Below are positions 24,961 through 36,931 of a stretch of 58,131 bases of DNA, one piece after another; position 1 is the stretch's first letter; each line of letters begins with the position of its first letter. Below the pieces are notes generated by a model that saw only the letters and a list, made by a program, of their open reading frames with translations, made no database searches and was not told the origin of the DNA. Source of the DNA: Chara braunii (lineage: Eukaryota; Plantae; Charophyceae); contig BFEA01000028.1 of assembly GCA_003427395.1 (NCBI GenBank), positions 583,072 through 641,202 on the forward strand. Direction: 5' to 3'. A program made the position numbers and the translations under genes.

Positions 24961-26831
24961 NNNNNNNNNNNNNNNNNNNNNNNNNNNNNNNNNNNNNNNN
25001 NNNNNNNNNNNNNNNNNNNNNNNNNNNNNNNNNNNNNNNNNNNNNNNNNNNNNNNNNNNNNNNNNNNNNNNNNNNNNNNNNNNNNNNNNNNNNNNNNNNN
25101 NNNNNNNNNNNNNNNNNNNNNNNNNNNNNNNNNNNNNNNNNNNNNNNNNNNNNNNNNNNNNNNNNNNNNNNNNNNNNNNNNNNNNNNNNNNNNNNNNNNN
25201 NNNNNNNNNNNNNNNNNNNNNNNNNNNNNNNNNNNNNNNNNNNNNNNNNNNNNNNNNNNNNNNNNNNNNNNNNNNNNNNNNNNNNNNNNNNNNNNNNNNN
25301 NNNNNNNNNNNNNNNNNNNNNNNNNNNNNNNNNNNNNNNNNNNNNNNNNNNNNNNGGGGGGGGGTTACATATTTTGGGTTATGTGCAGACAGCGGGTAGG
25401 GCGCCCGTCTCTGTCCAGAGCGGGGACTTTGTTTCGTCCTTTGACGTTCATTCGTGCTAAGGCACGGACTGTTATTGGGTCTCGCCGCCGTGAAGAAGGT
25501 GCAATCCCGCCTTCCCAAGAAACTTGAAAATTAGGGGTTGCATCTTCTTCTCAGAGGCTATTACCGGTATTACTGCTGTGCCCGATGGTACCGTTTTCCC
25601 TGATCTGATCTGTCTTCCCGCTCCCCTTTCTGAAGATGCGCCCACCCTTTTTCCACCTTCACATTTCGTCAATTTTCGTGACTACTGTAGTGTCTTCTCC
25701 CGAATAGAACGCCGGGTCATTATCGCTGTATTTAGACTGGAAATTGCCCCATATACGGATGTAGTGACCGTGCCCTCGATTCGAGTGGCGACCGTAGTGC
25801 GGCGGTCTTGTCCTCCCACCTTCTTTGATTCTGCGATCCTTCCAGAGAGTTCTATGTATGCTGGGGATGCCTTTGTAGTCGTGTATGTAGAGAGAGGTCT
25901 GCGTAGTGCGTTTTCCTGCGTATACAACGCACACTCACCATGACCGTATCAGACCGAAATACGGCTTATATACACTCTTGATGAGGGTGCTTTGTTTTCG
26001 GCGGAAGACGGTTGTTCGATTTCCTCTGGCGCCAAGGGCGAGAAACTGCACGTTTTCCAGGTCAAGTTCGATGTATCTTGTCCTCTCGTCCTTGGCACAT
26101 ATGGCACGTGGTATTTGAAATCGCGCGTTGCAACGTGACTATGCAACATTTGCTCGATTTCCCCAAGGACGAGAGAATAAGATGCATCGAACTTGACCAG
26201 GAAAACGTGCAGTAACGCGCCCTACTGAACGTGTTTCTGGTGATGTTCGGTGCATCGTATTCTCTCGTCCTTGCGACGTGGTGCCACATGGCAACACAAA
26301 TGCCACGTGGCAACTGAAATCGTCCGTTGCAAAGGGAATGCCACGCGGCAATGAAATGCTTTTGCCACGTGGCGAGCAATCGCTCTTGCCACGTCACAAG
26401 CGGAACGCTCTTGCCACGTGGCAAACGGAATACTCAACCCACGTGGCGATCGGAATGTTACGTCCCGGGATCGCATTCTACGAGGACAGCTAACCGGCGG
26501 GCAACCGGGTCCAACCAACTGGCCTAGCTCTCTGTTGGTACACCTCCTGAATTGTTGAAGTACTACAGACCTGGGCCGAGGTCCCACTAGCAAAAACGAT
26601 AGCATCGAGCTCCTGAATCTGGATGTGTTTTATGCAGAGATGCAGAAAAGCAGTTCAATCTCGATTTCCTGCACATCTCCATAACCTCGTCCAGATTCAG
26701 GCATTCGATCCGATTCTCTTCGCTAGTGGGACCACGCCCCTGAGCTCGATCGCCACAAGAACCTCTCGAGGTCGCTTTACACCACGTGGACAGGTAAGCG
26801 GCTGGAAAACCGGGTGCTATCAACTGCCCTA

Positions 26832-26939
26832 CCGTCTTCACCGGAATAGAACGCCCGGTCATTACAGCTGTACTTGGCACAACTTTCGGTCCAGATGCAG
26901 CGATAATGATGACCAGGCGTTCTATTCCGGTGAAGACGG
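26832..26939. mobile_element. Tc1/mariner-pogo-like MITE
   Basis: TA|CCGTCTTCACCGGAATAGAACGCC...GGCGTTCTATTCCGGTGAAGACGG|TA. Confidence 0.85.
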
Positions 26940-27357
26940 TAGCTCAGTTGCTACACCCCTGAACTGTTAAAATGCAGGCCTGAGATTGAACCCCTCAAGA
27001 AGCAGCAGCAGGTGATAACCGGGTCCAGTGTCGCGCCTGTTATGACTCGTTATCTCGACCGCCTTCCTGATCCACGCCGATGGCGAAGATTTTTGAGTGA
27101 AATCGGGTGAGTGGAAACGACCACAAGAGTAATAACAAGAGTATCATTAGAGTTGCTGTGAGCAAGCGTGTACGTTCGATTATTTATACTGTAAAATCCC
27201 CTTCGTCGTTTCTTGCACTATTTCAACCTTCTCTCCCCCTGTCTTTGCAGGAGCTATTCTTATCCTTTTGAATCAAGCATTGACATTTGGCGATTGACCT
27301 GTCGTTTTACTTTGTGTGCTATTCTATTCTTCTCCTTCCATGCATCAGATATTACTA

Positions 27358-27492
27358 CCGTCTTCCCCCCAACACAACGCACCCTCTTTTTTTTTTCTTT
27401 TTTTTTACGCACCCTCATTTTGGCTGCAACGGACTGGAAAGATAGCTTGTGTACATTCGTTATCAGGGTGCGTTGTGTTCGGGGGAAGACGG
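27358..27492. mobile_element. Tc1/mariner-pogo-like MITE
   Basis: TA|CCGTCTTCCCCC.AACACAACGCACCCT...AGGGTGCGTTGTGTTCGGGGGAAGACGG|TA. Confidence 0.85.
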
Positions 27493-28894
27493 TAGTAATG
27501 TTGATCCGAACAGATACTAGTCTTGATCTTTAGCCAATAGGCATAGAAAGGTATAAATCGGGCCGTGGAGATGACCATGGGTTGCTTGCTGAGAGCAAGC
27601 GTACGATGGCTATCGGCAAATTGATTTCTTCATCGGTTTTTGCACTTTTTTTTCTTTTGAATGACGCATGGACGTTTGGCGATTGACCTCTCGCTTTACT
27701 TTGTGCTATTCTATTCTTCTCCTTCCTTTTTTTTAATTTTAATTAATGTCTTCTTATTTGATGTTTTTTTTTTTTTTTTTTTTTTGCTTTCTTTCATGTA
27801 GCCCATCTAAATGTCGACTGCAATCATCTGCAGCCGGTTGGGATGACATACCCATTACTTTGTGCCATTTTTCTTCGTCCTTTTTTTTTTAATTAATGTT
27901 TTCTTATTTGATGTTTTTTTTTTTTTTTTTGGCTTTCTTTCATGTAGCCCATCTAAATGTCGACTGCACTCCTCTGCAGCCGGTTGGGACGACATACCCA
28001 AGGAGACTCCGTGGTTTAATTTCTCTTGTCAGAACAATCTTGGCTAACACCCATCCATTCTGTTTGAACTCGAGTTTTGAACCATCTTAGCTGTGACATC
28101 CATGACTCGATTACGATTACGATGGCTATCAGGGGTGGAGACCCTTGGGGGGCCTCGCTCCACTACTCACCAAATGTGCAAATTGAGAATGAATCTTACC
28201 CTGGAACATGGAAACATTCACGTGTATCTTTTCGTTTTTTCGGCGGGTTGCAGATCCNNNNNNNNNNNNNNNNNNNNNNNNNNNNNNNNNNNNNNNNNNN
28301 NNNNNNNNNNNNNNNNNNNNNNNNNNNNNNNNNNNNNNNNNNNNNNNNNNNNNNNNNNNNNNNNNNNNNNNNNNNNNNNNNNNNNNNNNNNNNNNNNNNN
28401 NNNNNNNGGTTGCAGATCCTTGGGGGGCCTCGCTCAGATCGGGCTACTCACCAAATGTGCAAATTGAGAATGAATCTTACCCTGGAACATGGAAACATTC
28501 ACACATGTTTTTTGTCTTTTCGGCATGTGGTGAGTAGTGGAGCGAGACCCTTGGTTTGCTCAGGGTATTCACACTTGGGATCTCGCCCCAGGTGAACTGT
28601 GGATACCTGTGATAGCAGAAGTTCACCTGGGCCAAGATCCCGACTGGCGAATTGGAAAGAGCGCCCGATTTGAACGAGTTTTAAGTAGAGCTGTGTGTAG
28701 AAAGCCAGATGAATCACGATTTTCTGCACCTCTCCCCAAACACGTCCAAATTCAGGCGTTAAATTCGATCCTCGTTGCTAGTGGGACTGCGCCCGTGTTT
28801 ATATATCTCAAAACCGTCGCCCTTTGAAACGATGTGTTTACAGTCATAGAGAAATGCCCGGTGAACCCTAGGCAGATTGTCCCCCTCCTTGTCC

Positions 28895-28951
<57 letters not shown>

Positions 28952-29590
28952 NNNNNNNNNNNNNNNNNNNNNNNNNNNNNNNNNNNNNNNNNNNNNNNNN
29001 NNNNNNNNNNNNNNNNNNNNNNNNNNNNNNNNNNNNNNNNNNNNNNNNNNNNNNNNNNNNNNNNNNNNNNNNNNNNNNNNNNNNNNNNNNNNNNNNNNNN
29101 NNNNNNNNNNNNNNNNNNNNNNNNNNNNNNNNNNNNNNNNNNNNNNNNNNNNNNNNNNNNNNNNNNNNNNNNNNNNNNNNNNNNNNNNNNNNNNNNNNNN
29201 NNNNNNNNNNNNNNNNNNNNNNNNNNNNNNNNNNNNNNNNNNNNNNNNNNNNNNNNNNNNNNNNNNNNNNNNNNNNNNNNNNNNNNNNNNNNNNNNCCCT
29301 CTTTGTGTGCATCCTCTTCTTCTTTGCCATCTCCTCCTCCTCGCTTCTTCTTCTTCTTCGTCTTCTTCTTTTTCTTCTTCTTCTTCTTCTTCTTCTTCTT
29401 CTTCTTCTTCTTCTTCTTCCCCACGCCGGCTGAGACCGGCCCCTCCCTTATCTTCGTTGTCCATATTGGGACGTCGGCAGGCTCGTTCATTCTCTCCTCC
29501 TCCCAGTCTCCCTTCTTCTCGACGTCGTGTTGATGCTAATCTGCGGGGCTCTTTGTCTTACCGGCAGCCTGCTCTGCCACGTCGACGGCG

Positions 29591-30525
29591 TTGGTCATTT
29601 ACGCGCCGACCCCGCCAGATCAGATCTGGCTTTCTAGTGGTGACCGATTCGGATCTGCGGGCAGACCTACCAAATATTTGTGGTTTGACAGCCACAAATG
29701 TCTGCCTACCTCAATGGCTTATCAGCGGCAATGTTATACTGCATCCCAATTTGTGCTGATTGCTTATCAGCTTGACGCTGTTGAAAACCAGTTGTTGTAT
29801 AACCATAATAGTCCACCTCCTGAGGGTAGGGAGTAACGATACTATCTTCAGGAGGCTTTACTGTAAATGTCTTACAGTTAACGTTCCACGGTCGCCACCT
29901 TCTTATGCATGCATCATGCGACGCCAGGCGATGACCTTAATGACCATCCTCCTCATATTTCTGCCTGCATTTTGCACAGACCCGGGCATTATATGGCACT
30001 CATTCGTTCAGCTGCCCAGTGGGAACTGTGGGATGGTGGGACGACGAGTCAGGCTATTTTCAACGTAAATGAATTTTTGCGTGCATTGTAGAATCCTACT
30101 TTATTCTGGATTATTGACCGACTCTCGTGTGACACGTGTCGGGACAGAGACACGGTGCGCCTTGGCTGTGGAATGCATCATCTATGCCATGGCCATTATC
30201 AATCTATTGCGACTGCCGCCGTCTGTNCTGAAGGGTGTCCAACATTTCCTCATTGTACACATCCCTATTACCCAGATATACGTTGTCCCTATTGTGCCCA
30301 AGGACGCTATCAGAACTGTATGATGCCGCACTGTGATGAACGTCCTGCTGTTTTTTTGACATGTGGACAATATGTCCTCTGTCAGGACTGTTTTGATGGG
30401 ATGGCTCGTGCTAGCCGTCCTGCTGAATGCTGTGGTGGCTCAGCTCTCCTTGGGTATCCTTGTGAACATCCACATCAGTCTCACCGTAGCTGTCATATCT
30501 GCCGAGGTGGGGACAGATACGGAGT
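29591..30525 (+). pseudogene. Decayed ORF: papain-like cysteine protease (DUB-like) segment plus two RING-like zinc fingers
   Basis: ORF-track pieces starting at 29591, 29909 and 30155 share one frame broken by TAA/TAG stops; motifs ACILHRPGHYMALIR...WELWD, CDTC..LGCGMHHLC..CPYC, CMMPHC..FLTCGQYVLCQDC..CHIC. Confidence 0.55.
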
Positions 30526-31428
30526 TAAAAAAAACAAGAACAAAACAACAAAAAAACAAGAAAAAAACAAGAAAAAAACAAGAAAAAAAACAAGAAAAAA
30601 AAACAAGAATAAAACAAGAAAAAAGAAAAAAAAAATGTTGATCTGTGGGATGTGTTATTTGCTTTGTGGCAATTGGATTATCTGTGGGATGTGTCATTTG
30701 CCTTGTTTGACTGATAGGCTTTGTTTCCCTGTCAGTTTGGTTTCCTCCTCCTTTTCTTTACCTCTTTTTTGCCTTTTGGCTGTGTGCAAGTGGGTCCTTG
30801 TGACCCACCGGGATGGGGGCAGCCAGCGCTCGACCTGTCATCCACGTGGCTGGCCTTGTACGTAAGAGGTGATGAACAAGTTGGGCTTTCCTTCCTTCTT
30901 TTCCTTTTCTTGTTTTTTTTTTTTTTTTCCGCCTTTGCGCTGGGATTCACAGTGTGACAATATATATATTGTTTTTTTGAGAATTGTCGTCCTTGTGTCT
31001 TTGTCATGTTATTTGTTTTCTATGGCAGTATCTTGGCTGATGCCAGAGTTCGACTCGGCTGAAAGTTGGGTGGTCGCAGTCGCCTCAGACTCTGCCAGCT
31101 GTAAGGGCCATCAGAAACGTGAAGTGGGGACCACCAAGGGGCCCAACAATATCTGGGATCCTTTCACATCAGATACGTGAAAAGTGGGACTAAAGGAGAA
31201 ACTGGGACTAAGGAGATCCTTGGATCCGTGAACCCTCTTTCCTCCTGGTAGCAGGCTTCGTCCCTTCCATAGGCTTTCTCCCTGATAATTGGGGCTTCCA
31301 CGACCTTGACCGTTGTCTTTTGCTGTCGAAGTTGGCGGTCCGGGACTTGCGCGGCACAGCTTGTGTGCCTTTTCTTGTTGCCAGCCTGCCATTTTGTAGC
31401 GGTCACAACTTTTCAGAGGCTTTCGAAG

Positions 31429-32034
31429 ATGAGTTCAGCGATGGTTGAGACTCCGTCGGCCAATGCGGCGGCGGCTGCGCCTCTTCCTGAAGACGATTTG
31501 ACTAAGGAGGAGGAGGCTGTCGTGCAACCCATCCTCCAAGCTCAGCCGCAGGCTCCCGGTTTCTTTCAGCGAATCGAAGAGGAGGCCACAGCTATGGGGC
31601 TGAAGATCCAGGAGACGTGGCAGAAGGGTGTGGTCGAGAAGTTGAAGAAACCGAAGAAGCCGCAGAAGGATGAGGGGGAGGAGAAGGACAAGGACAAGGA
31701 GAAGGAGGAGAACAGTGAAACACAGGAGGTGAAAGCTCCTGGCTTTTTCCAGAGAATGGAGGAAGAGGTTCTTGCAGTGAGGCAGAAGGTTCAAGAAAAG
31801 ATAGCTGAACTTCGCAATCGTCGCAACAGTGACGAGAAAGCGAAGGCCGTGCAGGTGGAGGCGGCAGACGACCAGGCAGAAGCTGCAGAGGCGAAGACGA
31901 AGGACGCTGCAAAGGCGACGAGCGAGTCGGTGGACAGCGTGTCAGCAGAAGGGGAGAGGCCCACACAGGCTGTGAGTGAATCTCCAAAGGCTGAAGAAGC
32001 AAAGGGAGAGGAGCAGCAGCAGCATAAAGAGTAG
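31429..32034 (+). CDS. Hydrophilic E/K/A/Q-rich protein (201 aa), LEA/dehydrin-like, with duplicated APGFFQR(I/M)EEE motif
   Basis: Clean ORF with GC3-rich codons, ATG just downstream of a plausible splice acceptor (CTTTTCAG), internal amphipathic repeat, no TE motifs. Confidence 0.7.
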   Translation: MSSAMVETPSANAAAAAPLPEDDLTKEEEAVVQPILQAQPQAPGFFQRIEEEATAMGLKIQETWQKGVVEKLKKPKKPQKDEGEEKDKDKEKEENSETQEVKAPGFFQRMEEEVLAVRQKVQEKIAELRNRRNSDEKAKAVQVEAADDQAEAAEAKTKDAAKATSESVDSVSAEGERPTQAVSESPKAEEAKGEEQQQHKE

Positions 32035-32310
32035 GATGTCATGGGGAATGTCGGCAGTGTTGCAGCAGAAGGGGACAGGCCTGTGGAAGCTTGGTTGAGT
32101 GAAAATCTCTAGGGACTGAAGAAGAATTAAAAGGGGGAGAGGAGGGGCAGCAGAAAAATTGTAGGGTGTCATGGGGAATGTGGGCAGTGTTGCAGCAGAC
32201 AGGCCTGTGGAAGCTTGTGTGAGTGAAAATCTCTAGGGACTGAAGAAGAGTTAAAAGGGGGAGAGGAGGGGCAGCAGAAAAAGAGTAAGGATGTCATGGG
32301 GAATGTCGCG
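31935..32310. repeat. ~125-bp tandem repeat x3 spanning the CDS stop
   Basis: Unit containing CAGCAGAAGGGGA...CTGAAGAAG...GGAGAGGAG...TGTCATGGGGAATGT repeated three times. Confidence 0.85.
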
Positions 32311-32534
32311 GCAACAATGCTCAAGCTTGGTGTTAGTTATACTAGGAAGTGTTAATAAGGCTGGCCTCTTGCAGTGTGCTTTTTTTTTTAGGTGAACTTC
32401 AATAAGCAGCTGCATACCAAAGGCCAGATATTCTGTGATGTGGGCAGCTGTGTCTGTCGGCTGTGTGGGCATTGGAACAAGTTATGTAGATTGTGTTTGT
32501 ATCTCTGAGTGGGATTTACAGACTGAGTGTGCTT

Positions 32535-32977
32535 CCTGCGACCAGTACACCCAGGCCTGGAGGCGCTACACTGCACGCCAAGCCAAGCTTTTCTGAACCG
32601 CCCGAGCACCACACTTCTTTTTCTTTTTTTTCCTTTTTTGGTTGGCGCCGTCAGTGATCGTGGTCAACCGATCCGCCCGTGGTTGTGGTCGGGGGGGGGT
32701 AGCTCCAAGCCTCGAAAAATTCGGAGCCCGCAACTTGCTATTTTTTCCACTACGAGGCGGGGGGCGTGTATTTGCAGTTTAAACCGCCCACCAGTACACC
32801 CGGGCGTGGTGGCCTTCCACTGCGTGCCAAGCTTTTTTTGGGAACCGGCAGGGGTGAACTTTTTTTTCTTTTTTGGCCTGGCGCCGCCAGCCGTTGTGGT
32901 CCGGTAGCCCTGAGCCCTAGAGTTTTTCGCAGTCGGTGGAAGATTTCTCCCTAAGGCTGAGGCCGTGTACTGGCGGT
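32535..32977. mobile_element. Two tandem TTAA-type MITEs
   Basis: Two related units starting ACCAGTACACCC, joined through TTAA at 32779-32782; right terminus GTGTACTGGCGGT. Confidence 0.65.
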
Positions 32978-33792
32978 TTTGAGGTGGGCAAATAAGAAGC
33001 TATGCATACCAAGTGCCTGGATGTGCTGTGATCTGCACAGCTGTGTCCTGTCTGTGCGGGTATTGGAAGAAGTTTTGTAGATGGTGTTCGTCTCTGTGAA
33101 GGAATGCGAGCACGAAGGCTTTTTTCAACTGAGCTCTGGACATGATTGCGGTCAGATTCATCCAGGTTGGGCTGTAACTGCGGTCAGAAAACGATTAGGA
33201 AAGTGCCAGTGTGAGTATATGCCCTTGAGCCGCTTCGAGGATCCGAAGCAGTTGTGGCTCTGAGGCATGGGCTTTGTGTGAAAATTGTCCCCCTTTGGAA
33301 TGAAGACTGAGAAAGGTCACACTCACTGTTTGCCTGCAAGAGGAGGGAAGGGAAGGGAGACCCTCCTTGAACTGTCGCGCGCACCCAAACAGAGCTGGTG
33401 GATGTATGATTCTCAGAGTTATTGCCCTGTTCAGAAGAAACCATTCACCGGTGCCAGGCGACGGGTGGTGACGGGTTGGGTTGTCCACGGACCGGGCTTA
33501 CCACATGCAGAAAAGACAAAGAAATATGGCGGTGTATGTATCTTCCCATGTTCTAGCAGAAGATTCACTCATTTTGCACATTTGGTTGAGTAGTGGAGTC
33601 AGGCCCTATATCATCCCATGGAATGGAGGTGCCCTGATGTCCGATGGAGTCTTTTATGGCCTTATGCCATTGCCGGCCGCTCAAGACTTTTGTCATTTTG
33701 ATATGTGGAGTCCTTGGGTCCCTGGAGATGGATAGAACTAGTGAAAAAAAAGAGAGGAGGTAAGCCCAGTGAAGAAGAGAGCATGACCAATA

Positions 33793-33935
33793 ATGCCTTT
33801 CTAAGTAACATCAAGTGTTGAAAAAAAAAAAAAAAAAAAGAAAAAAAAACCATCAAGTGTTGTGATCAGCTTACTGTCTGATCCGCGGTCTGCCAGACTG
33901 CACTAAAGAAGAAGAAGAAGAAGAAGAAGAAGAAG
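33793..33935 (+). pseudogene. U2: Degenerate U2 snRNA retrocopy with (AAG)n tail, interrupted by a poly(A) insertion
   Basis: ATGCCTTTCT..TAACATCAAGTGT..TGATCAGCTTACTGTCTGATCCGCGGTCTGCCAGACTGCAC aligns to the U2 copy at 1020; outer imperfect TSD GAAGAAGAGAGCAYG..CAAT; inner TSD CATCAAGTGTTG around an A tract. Confidence 0.75.
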
Positions 33936-34048
33936 AGAGCACGGACAATGGCCAAGCTCAGTCGATGCACAGATGAACTGTAAAAATATAGATCTTTTGA
34001 ATGAGAAAAGAAAGGAAGAGCATAAAATTCATGAAAACATTTGCTTAA

Positions 34049-34287
34049 ACCACCAGTACCTACCGGTGTTCAAGGCCCGTCCCTGCAACTACCTGTAGGC
34101 AAAGCCTACGGCTACCACGCCGAGCCTGCGACTACCGGTAGATGAGTCACAAGGCATTTTACAAACATTTTATTGGAACGAAATGAAAAAAAAAAAAAAA
34201 AAAAAGACAAAGAAAACTTCATACGTGAAAAACAAACAAACAAACAACAACAACGGAAAAAGCAAGGCCGACACTACATTGTTCCCT

Positions 34288-34365
<78 letters not shown>

Positions 34366-34410
34366 GACAGAGGCGGCGTGTTCGACGCGGCCAGCCGCGC
34401 AATGCGCCGG

Positions 34411-34441
<31 letters not shown>

Positions 34442-34550
34442 TCTGCCTTCACGGGTTAGAGAGCAAAAGAAAAAGAAAAAGACAAATGAATCATGCCGCC
34501 TTGTGGCGGAAGATTCATTCCCATTTTTCAGAGTAGTCTAGCAAACACAC

Positions 34551-34604
<54 letters not shown>

Positions 34605-34616
34605 CAGTGTGTTCTG

Positions 34617-34657
<41 letters not shown>

Positions 34658-34768
34658 CTTCACAGCGGGGCAGTCACTGCCAGATGTGAATGAATCATCC
34701 CGCCTTGTAGCGGAAGATTCATTCCCATTTTTTACAATACTCGTGCAGCAACAGACAGACAGACAGAC

Positions 34769-34851
<83 letters not shown>

Positions 34852-35154
34852 CCTCCCCGCGCCCTTGAATTTTGTTGTTTCTTTNNNNNNNNNNNNNNNN
34901 NNNNNNNNNNNNNNNNNNNNNNNNNNNNNNNNNNNNNNNNNNNNNNNNNNNNNNNNNNNNNNNNNNNNNNNNNNNNNNNNNNNNNNNNNNNNNNNNNNNN
35001 NNNNNNNNNNNNNNNNNNNNNNNNNNNNNNNNNNNNNNNNNNNNNNNNNTAAAGGAAATGAGCTCCTACCGGTCCTTCAAATCCCCGACCCCCGAAAGTC
35101 GCGGCGCGTTAACGGCCGCGACTTTTTTTTTTAGCTGGGCGAGGTACTGGTGGT
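34049..35154. mobile_element. Non-autonomous TTAA-specific DNA transposon (piggyBac- or Kolobok-like)
   Basis: TTAA|ACCACCAGTACCT...AGGTACTGGTGGT|TTAA; interior is GA microsatellites and a gap. Confidence 0.75.
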
Positions 35155-35158
35155 TTAA

Positions 35159-36026
35159 CCACTAGTACCTCTGCCAGTGTTGGGAAATTACGAGTTTTTG
35201 CCAGTTCCCGAAGAATTCGGGGTGGGACCTAGGGTCGGCGAGTCCCATAAATCTTAGTTTTCTTTTGCCTGCACGTGAAAGGAAAAGGGGAAAAAAAGAA
35301 AAAAAGGCTTTCTGTACTGCAATGATGTCGGGCAGGGAAAAAAAAAAAAAAAAAGCTCTGTACTGCAATGATGTCGGGCAGGGTAAGTCTAGGAGGAGGC
35401 CGTGCTCACAGTCTTCCTCTACAGAATGCATCTTACAGCAAAGAGGTTCAACGAGCGAGGGCGGAGTAGGTGATCTGCTCTAGCTGTGTTTCCTGAGAGG
35501 ATTGTAACTCTGATCACACTGGCACTTAGAGGAATGTATCCAGCCGTTTTCACGGGCGAATAAGTGTTTTCGTTTTTTTCCCTTGTTTTCTGTTTCTGGA
35601 ATCTGACAATCTGAATCCGTGATCTGCTCGAGCTGTGTTTCCTCAGAGGATTGTAACCCTGATCACACTGGCACTGAATGTATCCAGCCATTTTCACGGC
35701 CGAATCCGTGTTTCCATTTTTCTGTTCTTGTTTTGTTTTTCTGGAATCTGACAATCTGGCCACGGGGCTGAGATGCCGTCACTGAGGGCACACTCACACT
35801 ACCACTTCCCAGAATGTATACAACTGCAATCCCGCCCAGAGCTTTGTTTCTGTTTTCTTGTTTTCTTGTTTTGTCAGTTTCACGGCCGCAACTTTTCGTC
35901 TTTTTTTGTTTTTATGTTCTGCCCGCGAGAGTACCATAAAGAAAATGGAGTGGGACCCGGACTCGTCAAAACTGGGAGCGCTGTGAAATTCAGGGTCGGC
36001 AAAGACAGGCTTGGAGGTACTAGTGG
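35159..36026. mobile_element. Non-autonomous piggyBac-like element
   Basis: TTAA|CCACTAGTACCTC...GAGGTACTAGTGG|ATAA; internal ~150-bp tandem duplication. Confidence 0.8.
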
Positions 36027-36040
36027 ATAAAAGAATAAAA

Positions 36041-36675
<635 letters not shown>

Positions 36676-36931
36676 TTACTCCAAATCTATATTTGTGGCG
36701 AGCATCACATGCTGGGATAGGGTAGGAGGCTCATGTGTGTAGTTTGGAGAATGCCCTTCTGCCCTCTAGGTCTGCAGTGTGCTCATGTGGCCATGTCTGT
36801 TTTTTCTCGGAGGCGCTGGGACCGCCGGACCTTTAAATCTCCAGTGTGCATCTGGAGTCCCAAATCAACCAATGAATTTCCTTGATGTATAGCTGTGGGG
36901 TCCTGTGGAGCATAAGCCATAATAATAAGAA

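Noticed and set aside
21802-29533. Long ORFs spanning N runs
   Set aside because: Artefacts of assembly gaps and microsatellites.
29680-29742. USP Cys-box-like GLTATNVC/YLNG
   Set aside because: Needs a frameshift and lies outside the frame carrying the His-box and RING motifs; likely coincidental.
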